64,000 nt of DNA, from NCBI GenBank assembly GCA_937883775.1, contig CAKZXZ010000178.1, forward strand, positions 22,223-86,222, in the 5' to 3' direction. Both the position numbers and the translations under genes were made by a program. This DNA comes from an uncultured Rhodobacteraceae bacterium. GTDB taxonomy: Bacteria; Pseudomonadota; Alphaproteobacteria; Rhodobacterales; Rhodobacteraceae. The number at the start of each line of letters is the position of its first letter. The first letter of the stretch is position 1. Below the pieces are notes generated by a model. That model was not told the DNA's origin and did not search any database. It saw nothing but the letters and a program-made list of their open reading frames with translations. Of the stretch, positions 1 to 9,034 are shown piece by piece.

Positions 1-798
1 TGATCTTGGGGTGAAAGGGAGCTTATCCTGCCAAGGAATAGCGCTTTGTACGGCGGGCCGATCAAAAAGGACCCCCGGACGGTTGCCTGCCAAGTCTTCG
101 AGCGTTTCTTCGACGTTCAGGGTGTAAGGCCGCGCCGTCCAAGGCAGGTGCGGAGTGAAGATCCAGTTTGCCTCAGCTGCGCCAAGATCGATGCGTCCGG
201 GTACTAGCTCGCCATCCGCATCTATCACCCGCAAACGGAACGCGAGAGACAGGTGGTCATGTGCTGTTCCAAGACCGACGTCCAAGGGTTCACGCGTGCC
301 TGCGGTGGGTCCGTTAAGCGTCCATTCACTCGGGTTAGGTGGCGTGACGTCAGCATGACCGACGGTGAACTGAAACGTGGTCGTCGTACCGAGTGGGCAG
401 TCATTTCTATCTACCGCAAGTGCTGGTACCTCAAAGGTGTACGCTTGACCAACCATCAAAACCGGACCGAGAGTCTCACTTGCGATTAAACCGGTTTTGA
501 TACGGCCAGGATCCAACAGCAGTGTTAGCCGGCGGCGGTCCGGTGACCAAAGTTCCTCTCGCGTTGGGAGAAATGCACCTTCAACAACCACTCCCTCCGC
601 GTCCAACAAACGCACATTTGCAAACCCCTCGCCAAAAGCCATCGGGCGGGGGTAATACACGTAAATCCGCAGCAGGTTCTCAGGCAAGACGTTTGCAGTT
701 GGATAGATATCGACATGCCCAAGCTCGGGCGCAGGGCATGATGCAAAGGTTGCCGTCGCCCCGCTGAGTGAGGCGACGACCGCGAGAGCGCGCAACAT
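1..798 (-). CDS. exported hypothetical protein (partial; 3' end runs off window start)
   Basis: Absent from the ORF track because it has no stop inside the window. Hand translation of the minus strand from ATG 798-796 gives MLRALAVVASLSGATATFASCPAPELGHVDIYPTANVLPENLLRIYVYYP... The codons I translated and every TAA/TAG/TGA-prone spot I spot-checked down to base 1 are open; the frame was not translated codon by codon in full. Signal/lipobox-like N-terminus (FASC). Start overlaps the upstream stop by 1 nt (TGATG). Confidence 0.55.
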   Translation of the reverse strand, partial: MLRALAVVASLSGATATFASCPAPELGHVDIYPTANVLPENLLRIYVYYPRPMAFGEGFANVRLLDAEGVVVEGAFLPTREELWSPDRRRLTLLLDPGRIKTGLIASETLGPVLMVGQAYTFEVPALAVDRNDCPLGTTTTFQFTVGHADVTPPNPSEWTLNGPTAGTREPLDVGLGTAHDHLSLAFRLRVIDADGELVPGRIDLGAAEANWIFTPHLPWTARPYTLNVEETLEDLAGNRPGVLFDRPAVQSAIPWQDKLPFTPRS

Positions 799-2066
799 CA
801 TTGGCGAATTTGTCCTGGGAAACCTTCGTCCGCCTTCAGCAGGTTCTGGAACATGCGTGTGCCGGTCGACATTTCATCATCCGCATAGGCGTAGTCTGGG
901 AAGTTGTATTCGCTGATGAAATCGCTGAGGCGGAAAAACGACCCCTTGCGGAACGACACAAGCTCCATCGCGCCTGTGTCTAGATCGCGGCGCAGCGCTA
1001 GCAAAAATTGCCCATCTTGGTCTGCTATGTGGACAACGCCGGACAAAGGCAGCGGAACGGTTTGCACCCCGGACGTCGCACCCAGATAAGGAACAGGTTC
1101 AGAGAGCCCCGGTCCAGCAGCCGCACTGGTCAGGTTTTCCATTGAGATCAGATCAGCGTCCATTTCCCGATTGACGACAAGCACATAGCTGGACACTTCG
1201 CCCTGAAAATTGGCCGCTTGGAAGGAGATAACATCCAGCGGTGTGTTACCATAGCCAAGCTCTGCGATGGTCTTGCCTGTCACGTGGGCACCGTCCTCCA
1301 ATGCATCCACTGGGATGGTGACCAGGGGGGTACAAGTATATGCCGCGACCGCCGTGGCCGTACCGTCAATGTCGACCACTGCCATCGCACGGATTGGCGC
1401 GCGTGTTTCGTTCTGATTGTGGGCTGCGTGATAGATCTCAATGCTTGTGGATGTCGACGCATCAGCAAAGGGATACGGTACTCGGCGCAGCGTCGATGCG
1501 AATTCGCCTGTTGAGACGCCTGAGACAAACAGCTCACCATTTGCGAAATCCAGATCCGTGATTGTCAAAGACGGTGCCGGGATGTCGCGCCAAAACGTAA
1601 CGCTGGCGTCCGCAGGGGCATCCAACATGAACTTTGTTGACGGCATTTCCTCAAGATCGAGAACACGTGCGGTGCCGTCCCGCGAAACGGCAACCACTGC
1701 GCCCACGTCCGCGCTGTCAGCTGTCGCCGTCACAGAGGCATAGGCTTCTCGCGTTACGGGATGCACAGCCAAGTCGCTGTAGACGAGCCGCCCCGTCGCA
1801 CCTAACGCATCCGCTACGAGCTGATCCACATCTAGTAGATTGAATGCAGCATCCTGTTCAGGAGCGGTGCCGTCCGCAGGAAGCGTGTAAGCATGGATCG
1901 CGCCAGCGGTAGAGTCCGCGACAAACAACGTGTTGTCGGGGCCAAATTCCAAAATCCCAAAGGATTGCGGCATGTCGGCGGCTGCAGATCCTGTAGACAG
2001 GGCAATGGCGCCAAGGACTGCAAGTGGTTTGAGTGCGGTCATATGTTGTTTCCTTTGATGGATCAT
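798..2066 (-). CDS. secreted hypothetical protein (beta-rich, no recognised domain)
   Basis: 422-aa ORF. The true start is probably the internal M of MTALKPLAVLGAIALSTGSAAA (about 2042), which reads as a signal peptide. Coupled to the downstream gene at 798. Confidence 0.6.
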   Translation of the reverse strand: MIHQRKQHMTALKPLAVLGAIALSTGSAAADMPQSFGILEFGPDNTLFVADSTAGAIHAYTLPADGTAPEQDAAFNLLDVDQLVADALGATGRLVYSDLAVHPVTREAYASVTATADSADVGAVVAVSRDGTARVLDLEEMPSTKFMLDAPADASVTFWRDIPAPSLTITDLDFANGELFVSGVSTGEFASTLRRVPYPFADASTSTSIEIYHAAHNQNETRAPIRAMAVVDIDGTATAVAAYTCTPLVTIPVDALEDGAHVTGKTIAELGYGNTPLDVISFQAANFQGEVSSYVLVVNREMDADLISMENLTSAAAGPGLSEPVPYLGATSGVQTVPLPLSGVVHIADQDGQFLLALRRDLDTGAMELVSFRKGSFFRLSDFISEYNFPDYAYADDEMSTGTRMFQNLLKADEGFPGQIRQ

Positions 2067-2120
2067 CAGGTAACGCAGAATTTCGGTTGCTATAGGTTGA
2101 GGCGTGTGGCGTTTGTGGGA

Positions 2121-2492
2121 TCAAGCAGAGCCAAAGTGGGCGAGGATTGTTCGGATGCGCTTGCGGTCAAGCCATATCAACACGGCACACAACGCCGCTA
2201 GAACCAGCGCGGGTACCGCAGAGGGGCCGATGACAAACACGTGGAAAAGCGCCCCACAGATCATCGTAGCAAACAAGAGGCCTGCGCCAACGACTTGCAT
2301 GTCCTGGACCCACAGCAATGCAGCCGATCCGATTTCCACCACCGCAGTGACATAGCGAAACCATTGGCCCCAACCTATCGCTTCAAAGGTCTCAACCATC
2401 ATTGCAACGCCAAAAAGCTTGGCGCTGCCTGCCGCCAGAAAAACTATTGAGAGCAATACTCGCAGCGCTAACGACGCGTAAAACATTTTCAT
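2121..2492 (-). CDS. DoxX family membrane protein
   Basis: MKMFYASLALRVLLSIVFLAAGSAKLFG... with four hydrophobic helices typical of DoxX. Start placed at the internal ATG (2492) because the long ORF would overlap the upstream gene. Confidence 0.75.
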   Translation of the reverse strand: MKMFYASLALRVLLSIVFLAAGSAKLFGVAMMVETFEAIGWGQWFRYVTAVVEIGSAALLWVQDMQVVGAGLLFATMICGALFHVFVIGPSAVPALVLAALCAVLIWLDRKRIRTILAHFGSA

Positions 2493-2556
2493 TCCGTTCT
2501 TGTGAAACCGACTGGTTTGAGGTTCGCCCGCATTTCGAAAAAAGCGGGCAAAAGGC

Positions 2557-4467
2557 TTAGTAGCTTTGAGGATCAAGGGGGTCGGTGGCCGCTTCTTTTT
2601 CGGCCATATCGTCTATGCCATCCCCGTCAGAGTCCGCCTTGTAGGGGAAAGTGCCACCGGCCAATTCCGTCGCGTTGTCCATTCCATCGCCATCGATGTC
2701 GCTGTCGAGCGCGTCTTCAATGCCGTCGCGATCTGTATCCGCCCACCGGCTCGGGTCATCTGGGAAGCCGTCGAAATGATCTTCGACACCGTCACCGTCG
2801 GTATCGATGGCAGGTGGTGTGAATACGCCGTTCCATTCCGATGCAGCATCCGGAACCTTTCCGGTGTTTATCTCAGAAAATAGCAAACTCGCCAGTTCGC
2901 TCATATGATAAGGCCGCTGTTCGCTGGGAAGACCAAGGTGCACACCGGGCTTCCAACCAAGGGGGCCGAGGGTTCGAAGAGTCCAGGACATGCTGAGTTG
3001 GTCTGTCACGACAGCGACGGACTGCATGGAGCCGGAGAGCCAGGAGGTCACCACAGGGATCGCGATAATCTCTTGCACCTGACGGTCCGAATAGTGGCGC
3101 CTCAGTTCTTCGATATGGGCGGCGGTGACCCGCGTCGGTAAACGTCCGGCATCTCGCACAAACCGCATTGCGGCCTTAAGGCCTGGTTCATCGGCCAGAA
3201 ATTCGGAGCGTTCGAAATCCATGAGCGACCTAATGTACGCGATGAGAGGCGCTTTTTCTTCCTCGGGGATTTCTGCCCTGAAGTTGTCTGCTTCGGTGTA
3301 GTCCCAGATGCCGAAGGCGCCGTGGGCCTGACAGTGAACACATCCGGAGGCGAGCTGGTATACGAAGAAGAGCGACCAGATCTCGGGGAAGTCCATCGAG
3401 CGTTCTCTTTGGAGGAGATACTCGTCCATAGCCAAGGTGCCAAAGGCAGCGCCGCGGTCCCAGAACGTGTCGAACATATTGCGGGCGCTGTAAGGTACAG
3501 TCGATGTCACTTCTGGCGGACCGGTGTAGTAGTCGTAGTCATAGGCTGCCACGTCAAAGGCAGGTGTGCTTTCCGACGGGAGGTTGGCCGCAACTGCTTC
3601 GTCAGCCTGCCACTTCAAGAGTGTACTTGGGAAAGCGTCAAAAGGCTGTTCTATCCCGTCGCCATCCCCATCGAATGTGACGATGGGCACATCATAACCG
3701 GTCACGAAATTGAGCCAATCTGTCTCAAGAACTGGATCTACAGCGCCGTAGTCATCCCGCACCCAAGACGCGTCGATCTCAGCGACGAAGCTAGTCAGCG
3801 CTTCTCCTACGAAGGGATTTGCGCGCTGTTCTGTGTCGGAGCTCGGTGCATTGTGGCCGATCTCCCATCCGACTGACGAAAGGTTCTTAGTTGCCCAATC
3901 CACGGTCTCTTGGTCGGTAACGATCGGCAAGACGGCGTCATGGGTCGCCGATGCGTGGTTGATTGCCCCCAGTTGCATCAATTCGGCAATCGCTCGGTCG
4001 GTGTAGTTCCTGCGCAAGAGCGCATGGACATCGGCTGAGGATGTAATGGGGTATCGACCCATGACATCGATATAGGTGAAGGCCGCTTTCAGGCGCGGGT
4101 CGTCCAGCTTGTCGACGTAGTCCGGGTCAAAGACTGCCTGGATATCCTGCAGAGGCACGTCCATGAGCGAGAGCTGGTAGGCGCTGCGCGCCGTGTGGTG
4201 CCAGCTTTCTGATAGGAGCATCTGGCGCAGCGTCAGCATCCATTTTGTGGTGCTGTCGAAGAAGGCGTCGCGATGGATCATCGCATCGGCTGTCATGAGA
4301 CCCTCGTAGAAGTCCCGCAGATTGCTGATGTCGATCTTGTCGCGGTCGTAAAATGGCATCGCAGTGTCCGATGCAGGCGGCGCGGGCGCGACATCGGCGA
4401 GAGCAAAGGAAGACGCGAGCGTCACGGTCAAAATTGCCGTGCTCGTCAAGAAGGGTTTGAGGCGCAT
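2557..4467 (-). CDS. secreted protein: two AhpD/carboxymuconolactone-decarboxylase-like domains plus thrombospondin type-3 (Ca-binding) repeats
   Basis: Start at MRLKPFLTSTAILTVTLASSFALA (signal peptide). The second CMD-like region has ASGCVHCQAHG (CxxC..H). C-terminus is DTDGDGVEDHFDGFPDD..DTDRDGIEDALDSDIDGDGMDN..DSDGDGIDD, plus an internal FDGDGDGIEQPFD. Confidence 0.65.
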   Translation of the reverse strand: MRLKPFLTSTAILTVTLASSFALADVAPAPPASDTAMPFYDRDKIDISNLRDFYEGLMTADAMIHRDAFFDSTTKWMLTLRQMLLSESWHHTARSAYQLSLMDVPLQDIQAVFDPDYVDKLDDPRLKAAFTYIDVMGRYPITSSADVHALLRRNYTDRAIAELMQLGAINHASATHDAVLPIVTDQETVDWATKNLSSVGWEIGHNAPSSDTEQRANPFVGEALTSFVAEIDASWVRDDYGAVDPVLETDWLNFVTGYDVPIVTFDGDGDGIEQPFDAFPSTLLKWQADEAVAANLPSESTPAFDVAAYDYDYYTGPPEVTSTVPYSARNMFDTFWDRGAAFGTLAMDEYLLQRERSMDFPEIWSLFFVYQLASGCVHCQAHGAFGIWDYTEADNFRAEIPEEEKAPLIAYIRSLMDFERSEFLADEPGLKAAMRFVRDAGRLPTRVTAAHIEELRRHYSDRQVQEIIAIPVVTSWLSGSMQSVAVVTDQLSMSWTLRTLGPLGWKPGVHLGLPSEQRPYHMSELASLLFSEINTGKVPDAASEWNGVFTPPAIDTDGDGVEDHFDGFPDDPSRWADTDRDGIEDALDSDIDGDGMDNATELAGGTFPYKADSDGDGIDDMAEKEAATDPLDPQSY

Positions 4468-4480
4468 GGACAGGGTCTCC

Positions 4481-5077
4481 TTATTTGGCGAGCAGGAACA
4501 TCGTGTTCGGATTTGGCGAATGGGACGGCACGTTCTGGAGGACGTCCCAGTGCTCTTCCAAGAGCCCGGTCTTTGCATCAAATCGGTACATATCGACCGC
4601 TGCGATGCCGAGATCACGGGGGTCGTCGTGATCTAGGTTGCGGAAATTCACATGGGCAAAAGCATAATTGCCCGAGACAATGATCCGGTGGATGTCGATG
4701 GAGATATCACGTTCTTCGACCGATCCGCCAAAGAGCGCCGCCAAGGGCGCCCGGCCATTCGGCAGAAAAATGCTGTGTTGGATGTACTCATCCGAGATGT
4801 AGGGCGCGAGGTTCTCGTTCGTGGCGCCGGCCTCGAAAATCTCATAGATATCGATCACGCGTTGCACGATCTCGAGCTCTGCCTCGGTTTCGGCAAGTAT
4901 GTGAGTCTCAAAATTCGTGGGAACCGTGTTTTGATAGATCGCGCCCTGCTCCCAAGCTCGGGTGGGCGGTGCGAACGGATTACTGTCTTGGGCAAAGGCT
5001 GGTGCGGCCGAGACCAGCATAAGCGTCGTAAGGGCGGCACATGACATTTGGGATGGACTTAGTCTTGTGAGCAGCAT
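4481..5077 (-). CDS. secreted SnoaL-like / NTF2-fold protein
   Basis: Start at ATG 5077 with an AGGAGA SD. Signal peptide MLLTRLSPSQMSCAALTTLMLVSAAPAFA. Core YISDEYIQHS...GNYAFAHVNF...EHWDVLQ is typical of the SnoaL-like COG4922 family. Confidence 0.7.
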   Translation of the reverse strand: MLLTRLSPSQMSCAALTTLMLVSAAPAFAQDSNPFAPPTRAWEQGAIYQNTVPTNFETHILAETEAELEIVQRVIDIYEIFEAGATNENLAPYISDEYIQHSIFLPNGRAPLAALFGGSVEERDISIDIHRIIVSGNYAFAHVNFRNLDHDDPRDLGIAAVDMYRFDAKTGLLEEHWDVLQNVPSHSPNPNTMFLLAK

Positions 5078-5206
5078 CTTGTTCTCCTGACTTGGCAAAA
5101 GGCAAAGCGGTACCTGCGAAACCGACTGCTGTGTCGGTTTCCTGGTAGGGCGGCATTTGAGTTTGAAGGCGTGTCGACCTTTGCGGCCGACCATCAGATT
5201 TGAGGT

Positions 5207-6343
5207 TTAGTTCTTGGCGGGGAACTGATAGTTGACCGGATGCCAGAACACGGTGTTGGGCCTGTTCTTATGTCCGTTTTCAAACAGCTCTCGCGCTAGA
5301 TCGGCGACCATGTGCGGGTCCTCCGCGTGCAGAAAGTGGTTGGCACCCACAAGGGCAACACGCGCATCTGGAAGAATGTCGGCGGAGGTCATGTATTCCT
5401 CCGGTTTCTGGCCAGGGTCATGCGTGCCTTGGATAAAAAGCACAGGCATGGTCATTTCCTTGATCACATGCTCCATGCGAAACTCCAACTCGATGTCAAA
5501 GCTTGTCCCCTGGAACGTCCGTGCGGCCGCCTCTGGTATGCCTGGAAAGCTAAACTCCCAGTCAAGGCGTCTTAGAAAACGCTCGGGAAAATGCACTGAC
5601 CCATAATTGCTGTTGTAAGCGGTGCTTGCGAGATTTTCCTGGCTCTGGAATTGGACCGAAGCCATCGCTTCATGGGGAGGGCGGGGCAACCCATGGGGCT
5701 GGTCGAAGGATTGCTGCATCCGCACCCAAGCGGATACGCGCGCGCTGATGCCTGCATTCGTCAACAGCTTTTCGCTGACAATGCTCCCGCGATCATGGCT
5801 GATCAGGTTGAACTCGGAGACACCAATCTTTTCCAACAGCGTCACCAAGCTGGCGGCGGCTCCGGCATAACTCACGTCAATCTCAGGGCCCTTGTCCGAT
5901 TGTCCATAGCCCAAGACGTCCACCGCAATGACGTAGTAATCATCCGCCAACAGGGCCATCACTTCGGCATTGGCCCACCAGGTGTCCGGATAGCCATGGA
6001 CCATCAAGACGACATCGTCTGACGGATCGCCCGCCGTCACAAAGTGCCAAACGGGGCCGTCGGCATCTACGAACCAATGGGTGCCAAAGACGCCCATGCC
6101 CAGGTATTCAACCTCGCCGTGGTGGCTGACTTTGACTGTCTTTGGAGCCGCCTCGGGATAGCGTTCCACATCTTCTGAGATTCTTGCGAGAGGATACGGC
6201 TGATAGGAAAACTCTTCCCACGCGGGAAAGGCATCCTCCGCTGCGGCGGCTCCTGTGTGAACGATGCCTGCGATCATGAACACAGCGGTGCTCTTGATAA
6301 CGCGCGTTATAACGCGCGTTGAAAATTTGCTGGGTCTGATCAT
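5207..6343 (-). CDS. secreted alpha/beta hydrolase (epoxide hydrolase / haloalkane dehalogenase-like)
   Basis: HGYPDTWW oxyanion motif and SHDRGS (Asp nucleophile elbow). Hydrophobic N-terminal leader ending AAAAED. An alternative upstream start lies at 6385. Confidence 0.75.
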   Translation of the reverse strand: MIRPSKFSTRVITRVIKSTAVFMIAGIVHTGAAAAEDAFPAWEEFSYQPYPLARISEDVERYPEAAPKTVKVSHHGEVEYLGMGVFGTHWFVDADGPVWHFVTAGDPSDDVVLMVHGYPDTWWANAEVMALLADDYYVIAVDVLGYGQSDKGPEIDVSYAGAAASLVTLLEKIGVSEFNLISHDRGSIVSEKLLTNAGISARVSAWVRMQQSFDQPHGLPRPPHEAMASVQFQSQENLASTAYNSNYGSVHFPERFLRRLDWEFSFPGIPEAAARTFQGTSFDIELEFRMEHVIKEMTMPVLFIQGTHDPGQKPEEYMTSADILPDARVALVGANHFLHAEDPHMVADLARELFENGHKNRPNTVFWHPVNYQFPAKN

Positions 6344-6426
6344 AGCAAATCCTTGACTTACTGCGGTTGCGGCCAATGTAGTCAATTGCTTGTGTATTGC
6401 TCAAATTGATATTTTTAATATTGATC

Positions 6427-7338
6427 ATGGACATGAGAAATGTACGCGCGGCCGATCTGAACCTACTCCTAGTTTTTGAGGCCATCATGGCCGAGAGGAG
6501 TGTGACACGCGCTGGCGAACGAATTGGGCTTACCCAGCCCTCAATGAGCAACGCGCTGTCACGTCTTCGCGCCCTTTTTGGTGATGAGCTTTTTGTTCGG
6601 ACTCCCGAGGGCATGATCCCGACCCCCGTAGCGCTGCAGGCGTCCGAACACGTCAAGGCATCAATCTTTGCCGCGGAAGAGGCGCTGTCTGTTAACGGCG
6701 CGCTTTTTGCGCCACAAAACGCCGAAGGCACCATCACTCTCCTGACGAACGACCTGATCGAGTTTACGATTCTACCAGCAATCGTCAAAGCTCTTGCTCA
6801 GGAAGCACCAAAACTACGATTGCGCACGCGGCCCCTTCTGAAGGAAGCTTTCGAGCACGACCTCGACGCTGGCCTTGCCGATTTTGCCATTGCAGCACCT
6901 GCCAACGTACCAAAGCGGTTCGACTTCTATGACCTCTTTGACGAAGCGTTCGACGGAATAGCCCGCTTCGGGCACCCGATCCTTTCCGCAGCAATAACAC
7001 AAGAAACGTTCTTTTCGTTTAGACACGTTACCGTCTGCCATCGGTTCGGAGCCACCGGGGTCATCGAGTCGGCCCTAAGCGATATAGATAAGAAATTAGA
7101 CATTGCCGTAAGCGTGTCTAACCTCGCCTCGGTGCCGCCTTTAGTGTCAATGACTGATTTCATTTCTGTGGTTCCGAGGCGCCTTGCCGAAATCGGAACA
7201 AAAGAAGGACTGGTCGCTAAATTTGATTTGCCTTTGGAGGTACCGTCCATTCAGGCAAAACTTATTTGGGGCCGCGGCGCGGCGCGCTCACCGTTGTCAC
7301 TGTGGTTCAGAGATCTTATGGAGATGGTCGTGCGCTAA
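6427..7338 (+). CDS. LysR-family transcriptional regulator
   Basis: N-terminal HTH LNLLLVFEAIMAERSVTRAGERIGLTQPSMSNALSRLR. Divergent from the hydrolase gene. Confidence 0.85.
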   Translation: MDMRNVRAADLNLLLVFEAIMAERSVTRAGERIGLTQPSMSNALSRLRALFGDELFVRTPEGMIPTPVALQASEHVKASIFAAEEALSVNGALFAPQNAEGTITLLTNDLIEFTILPAIVKALAQEAPKLRLRTRPLLKEAFEHDLDAGLADFAIAAPANVPKRFDFYDLFDEAFDGIARFGHPILSAAITQETFFSFRHVTVCHRFGATGVIESALSDIDKKLDIAVSVSNLASVPPLVSMTDFISVVPRRLAEIGTKEGLVAKFDLPLEVPSIQAKLIWGRGAARSPLSLWFRDLMEMVVR

Positions 7339-7532
7339 GACTAGGCTCAGCTTCGCTTCATTGAGTTTGCCATCTCAAAATGGCTCAACTGTCAAATATA
7401 AAAGCCGATAGCATATTCGCTAAAAAACTACGGCGGGGCAAATGTGCATATATGAGCTCCCTTTAGTAATCATAACATCCAGTTCATGGCAGCTTCCTTA
7501 GGCTGTACCTCAACATTTGAGAACGATGTGCT

Positions 7533-7865
7533 CTACCGCTGTTTTGAGCCGTCACAACGAATATGAAAGGCGGCTTTTGGTGCATAGACGGACGCATGTC
7601 CGAAGGCGTAGATGACCAGGGCGGGCAGACCAATCCACAAGATCATCTGCACTGGCACAAATGGCAGCGCAGCAGTACCAGCGCCGACAAAGACAAGACC
7701 GACAAGCAACACGCTACGCTCCCCAAATGCCTTTGCCAGTGGCCCGATGGCGGCTTGTACCGCTGCCGTAGCGACCTTAATCAGCGTGAAGACATAGCCG
7801 ATCTGGACGGCGGTGAGGCCGAAGCGATCTCTAATTTGTCCTGAAAATCCTCGCTGCCCGGCGAA
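7533..7865 (-). pseudogene. C-terminal fragment of an MFS transporter
   Basis: Only ..GFSGQIRDRFGLTAVQIGYVFTLIKVATAAVQAAIGPLAKAFGERSVLLVGLVFVGAGTAALPFVPVQ.. looks MFS-like (a DRFG loop plus about 3 TM helices). The upstream part of the 192-aa ORF is not transporter-like. Confidence 0.45.
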
Positions 7866-8462
7866 CGAATGACAGCAATCCCTGCCGCCACGCAGCGCCC
7901 TGTACCGAGCATCTGCGGCGATTGCCGTGCTGCGAGCGCACGCAGCGAGAAATCGCGATGGCCGGGTTGGGCTCGCTACTGCCATTCGCTCAACCCATTG
8001 GCGCGGATCGCAAGCCTGGCCGGTCCCATCGGTGAGGATCAAGTGCAGCACAAAGACGCCATGCGGGCACGCCCATTTACAAGTGATCGCTGAAACCTCT
8101 CCGCCTACCACGATGCAGCATCACCAAATGGAGCGAAGCGGGTTGAGGCTCGAATACGAGCATTCGGCATGGAAAGTCTGATCCCGTTCGAGGGCCTGGA
8201 TCGAGCGCAGGACATATCGAACGCTAACAAGACTCGTCGGGAGGAAGCATTCTCGCATTGTCGGGAATGCTTGACGACGACCCCGCTCTGCGCCTTCCGC
8301 ACGCCCGAGCCTGTCTTTCTCCGATCGACATTGCCAGTGGATTGCCCGGGCCGACTGTAGCGGTCATCTCTCGTTCCGTGCCCTCGTCACCCGCATCCGT
8401 CACGGCCTCTCATTGGGCTGATCTGACCGGGATCGGCTGGCGCCTCGACCGCCTCAGCCGCA

Positions 8463-8549
8463 ACGCCGGGTTCGGACTTTCTTCCCCTGGGCTTCGCCCA
8501 TTCCTCGCGGGACGACCCTTAAGGGTCCAAGAAAGTCCGCCCCCGGCGT
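8463..8549. repeat. 87-nt nested inverted repeat (long interrupted stem plus inner 14-bp palindrome)
   Basis: ACGCCGGG (8463-8470) pairs with CCCGGCGT (8542-8549). GGACTTTCTT (8474-8483) pairs with AAGAAAGTCC (8529-8538). The inner perfect palindrome GACCCTTAAGGGTC lies at 8514-8527. About 110 nt upstream of the DUF736 gene. Confidence 0.6.
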
Positions 8550-8658
8550 CCTCCGCTGGCGCTTCGGGCCAAGGGCTGCGTCGGCGGATCGTCCCTGTCC
8601 TGACGATCGCCATCGAGACCGCGACGGGCGCGGGATCGAAAGCCAAAGGAGAAATGAC

Positions 8659-8994
8659 ATGGCCACCATCGGAACCTTCAAGAAGACCGGCAACGAATAC
8701 GTCGGAGAAATCGTCACCCTCAACGTGCAGGCGCAGAACGTCCGCATCGTTCCCGAGGACAGCACCTCCGGCGAGAACGCTCCCTCCCACCGGGTCTTCG
8801 TCGGCCGCGCCGAAATCGGCGCCGCCTGGTCCAAGACCTCGAACGAGAGCCGCGACTATCTGAGCCTCAAGCTGGACGATCCGAGCTTCACCCAGCCGAT
8901 CTACGCCAACCTCTTCGATGACACCGTCGTCGAAGGCGGCGAAGAGACCTTCAGCCTCATCTGGTCCCGGGCGCGCCGCAAGAACGGCGACTGA
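8659..8994 (+). CDS. DUF736 domain protein
   Basis: MATIGTFKKTGNEYVGEIVTLNVQAQNVRIVPE...APSHRVFVGRAEIGAAWSKTS...DYLSLKLDDPSF is the hallmark DUF736 sequence of alphaproteobacterial ICEs and plasmids. Confidence 0.85.
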   Translation: MATIGTFKKTGNEYVGEIVTLNVQAQNVRIVPEDSTSGENAPSHRVFVGRAEIGAAWSKTSNESRDYLSLKLDDPSFTQPIYANLFDDTVVEGGEETFSLIWSRARRKNGD

Positions 8995-9006
8995 GTCCGC
9001 GACTTC

Positions 9007-9034
9007 AGCCCCGTCCGGGAGACCGGGCGGGGCT
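9007..9034 (+). terminator. GC-rich hairpin downstream of DUF736 gene
   Basis: AGCCCCGTCCGG-GAGA-CCGGGCGGGGCT forms a 12-bp stem with one G:U. No clear U-tail follows. Confidence 0.35.

Noticed and set aside
6108-6788. 226-aa minus-strand ORF crossing the hydrolase/LysR divergent promoter
   Set aside because: It overlaps the 5' ends of two well-supported divergent genes and an AT-rich promoter region, so it is not plausible as coding.
8148-8161. GCTCG-AATA-CGAGC hairpin that superficially resembles a tRNA T-arm
   Set aside because: The loop is 4 nt rather than the 7-nt TTCGAAT, and there is no adjoining acceptor or anticodon structure. It is probably a coincidence.
8296-8312. CCGCACGCCCGAGCCTG, partly resembling the tRNA-Arg 3' end (CGCACCCGACAGG) as a possible att core
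   Set aside because: It gives only an ~11/12 match with an indel in GC-rich DNA, so it is too short and imperfect to call a direct repeat without a statistical search.
8258-8863. 201-aa ORF running from the non-coding leader into the DUF736 gene
   Set aside because: It is out of frame with the unmistakable DUF736 sequence, is Pro/Ser/Ala-rich, and has no start context.
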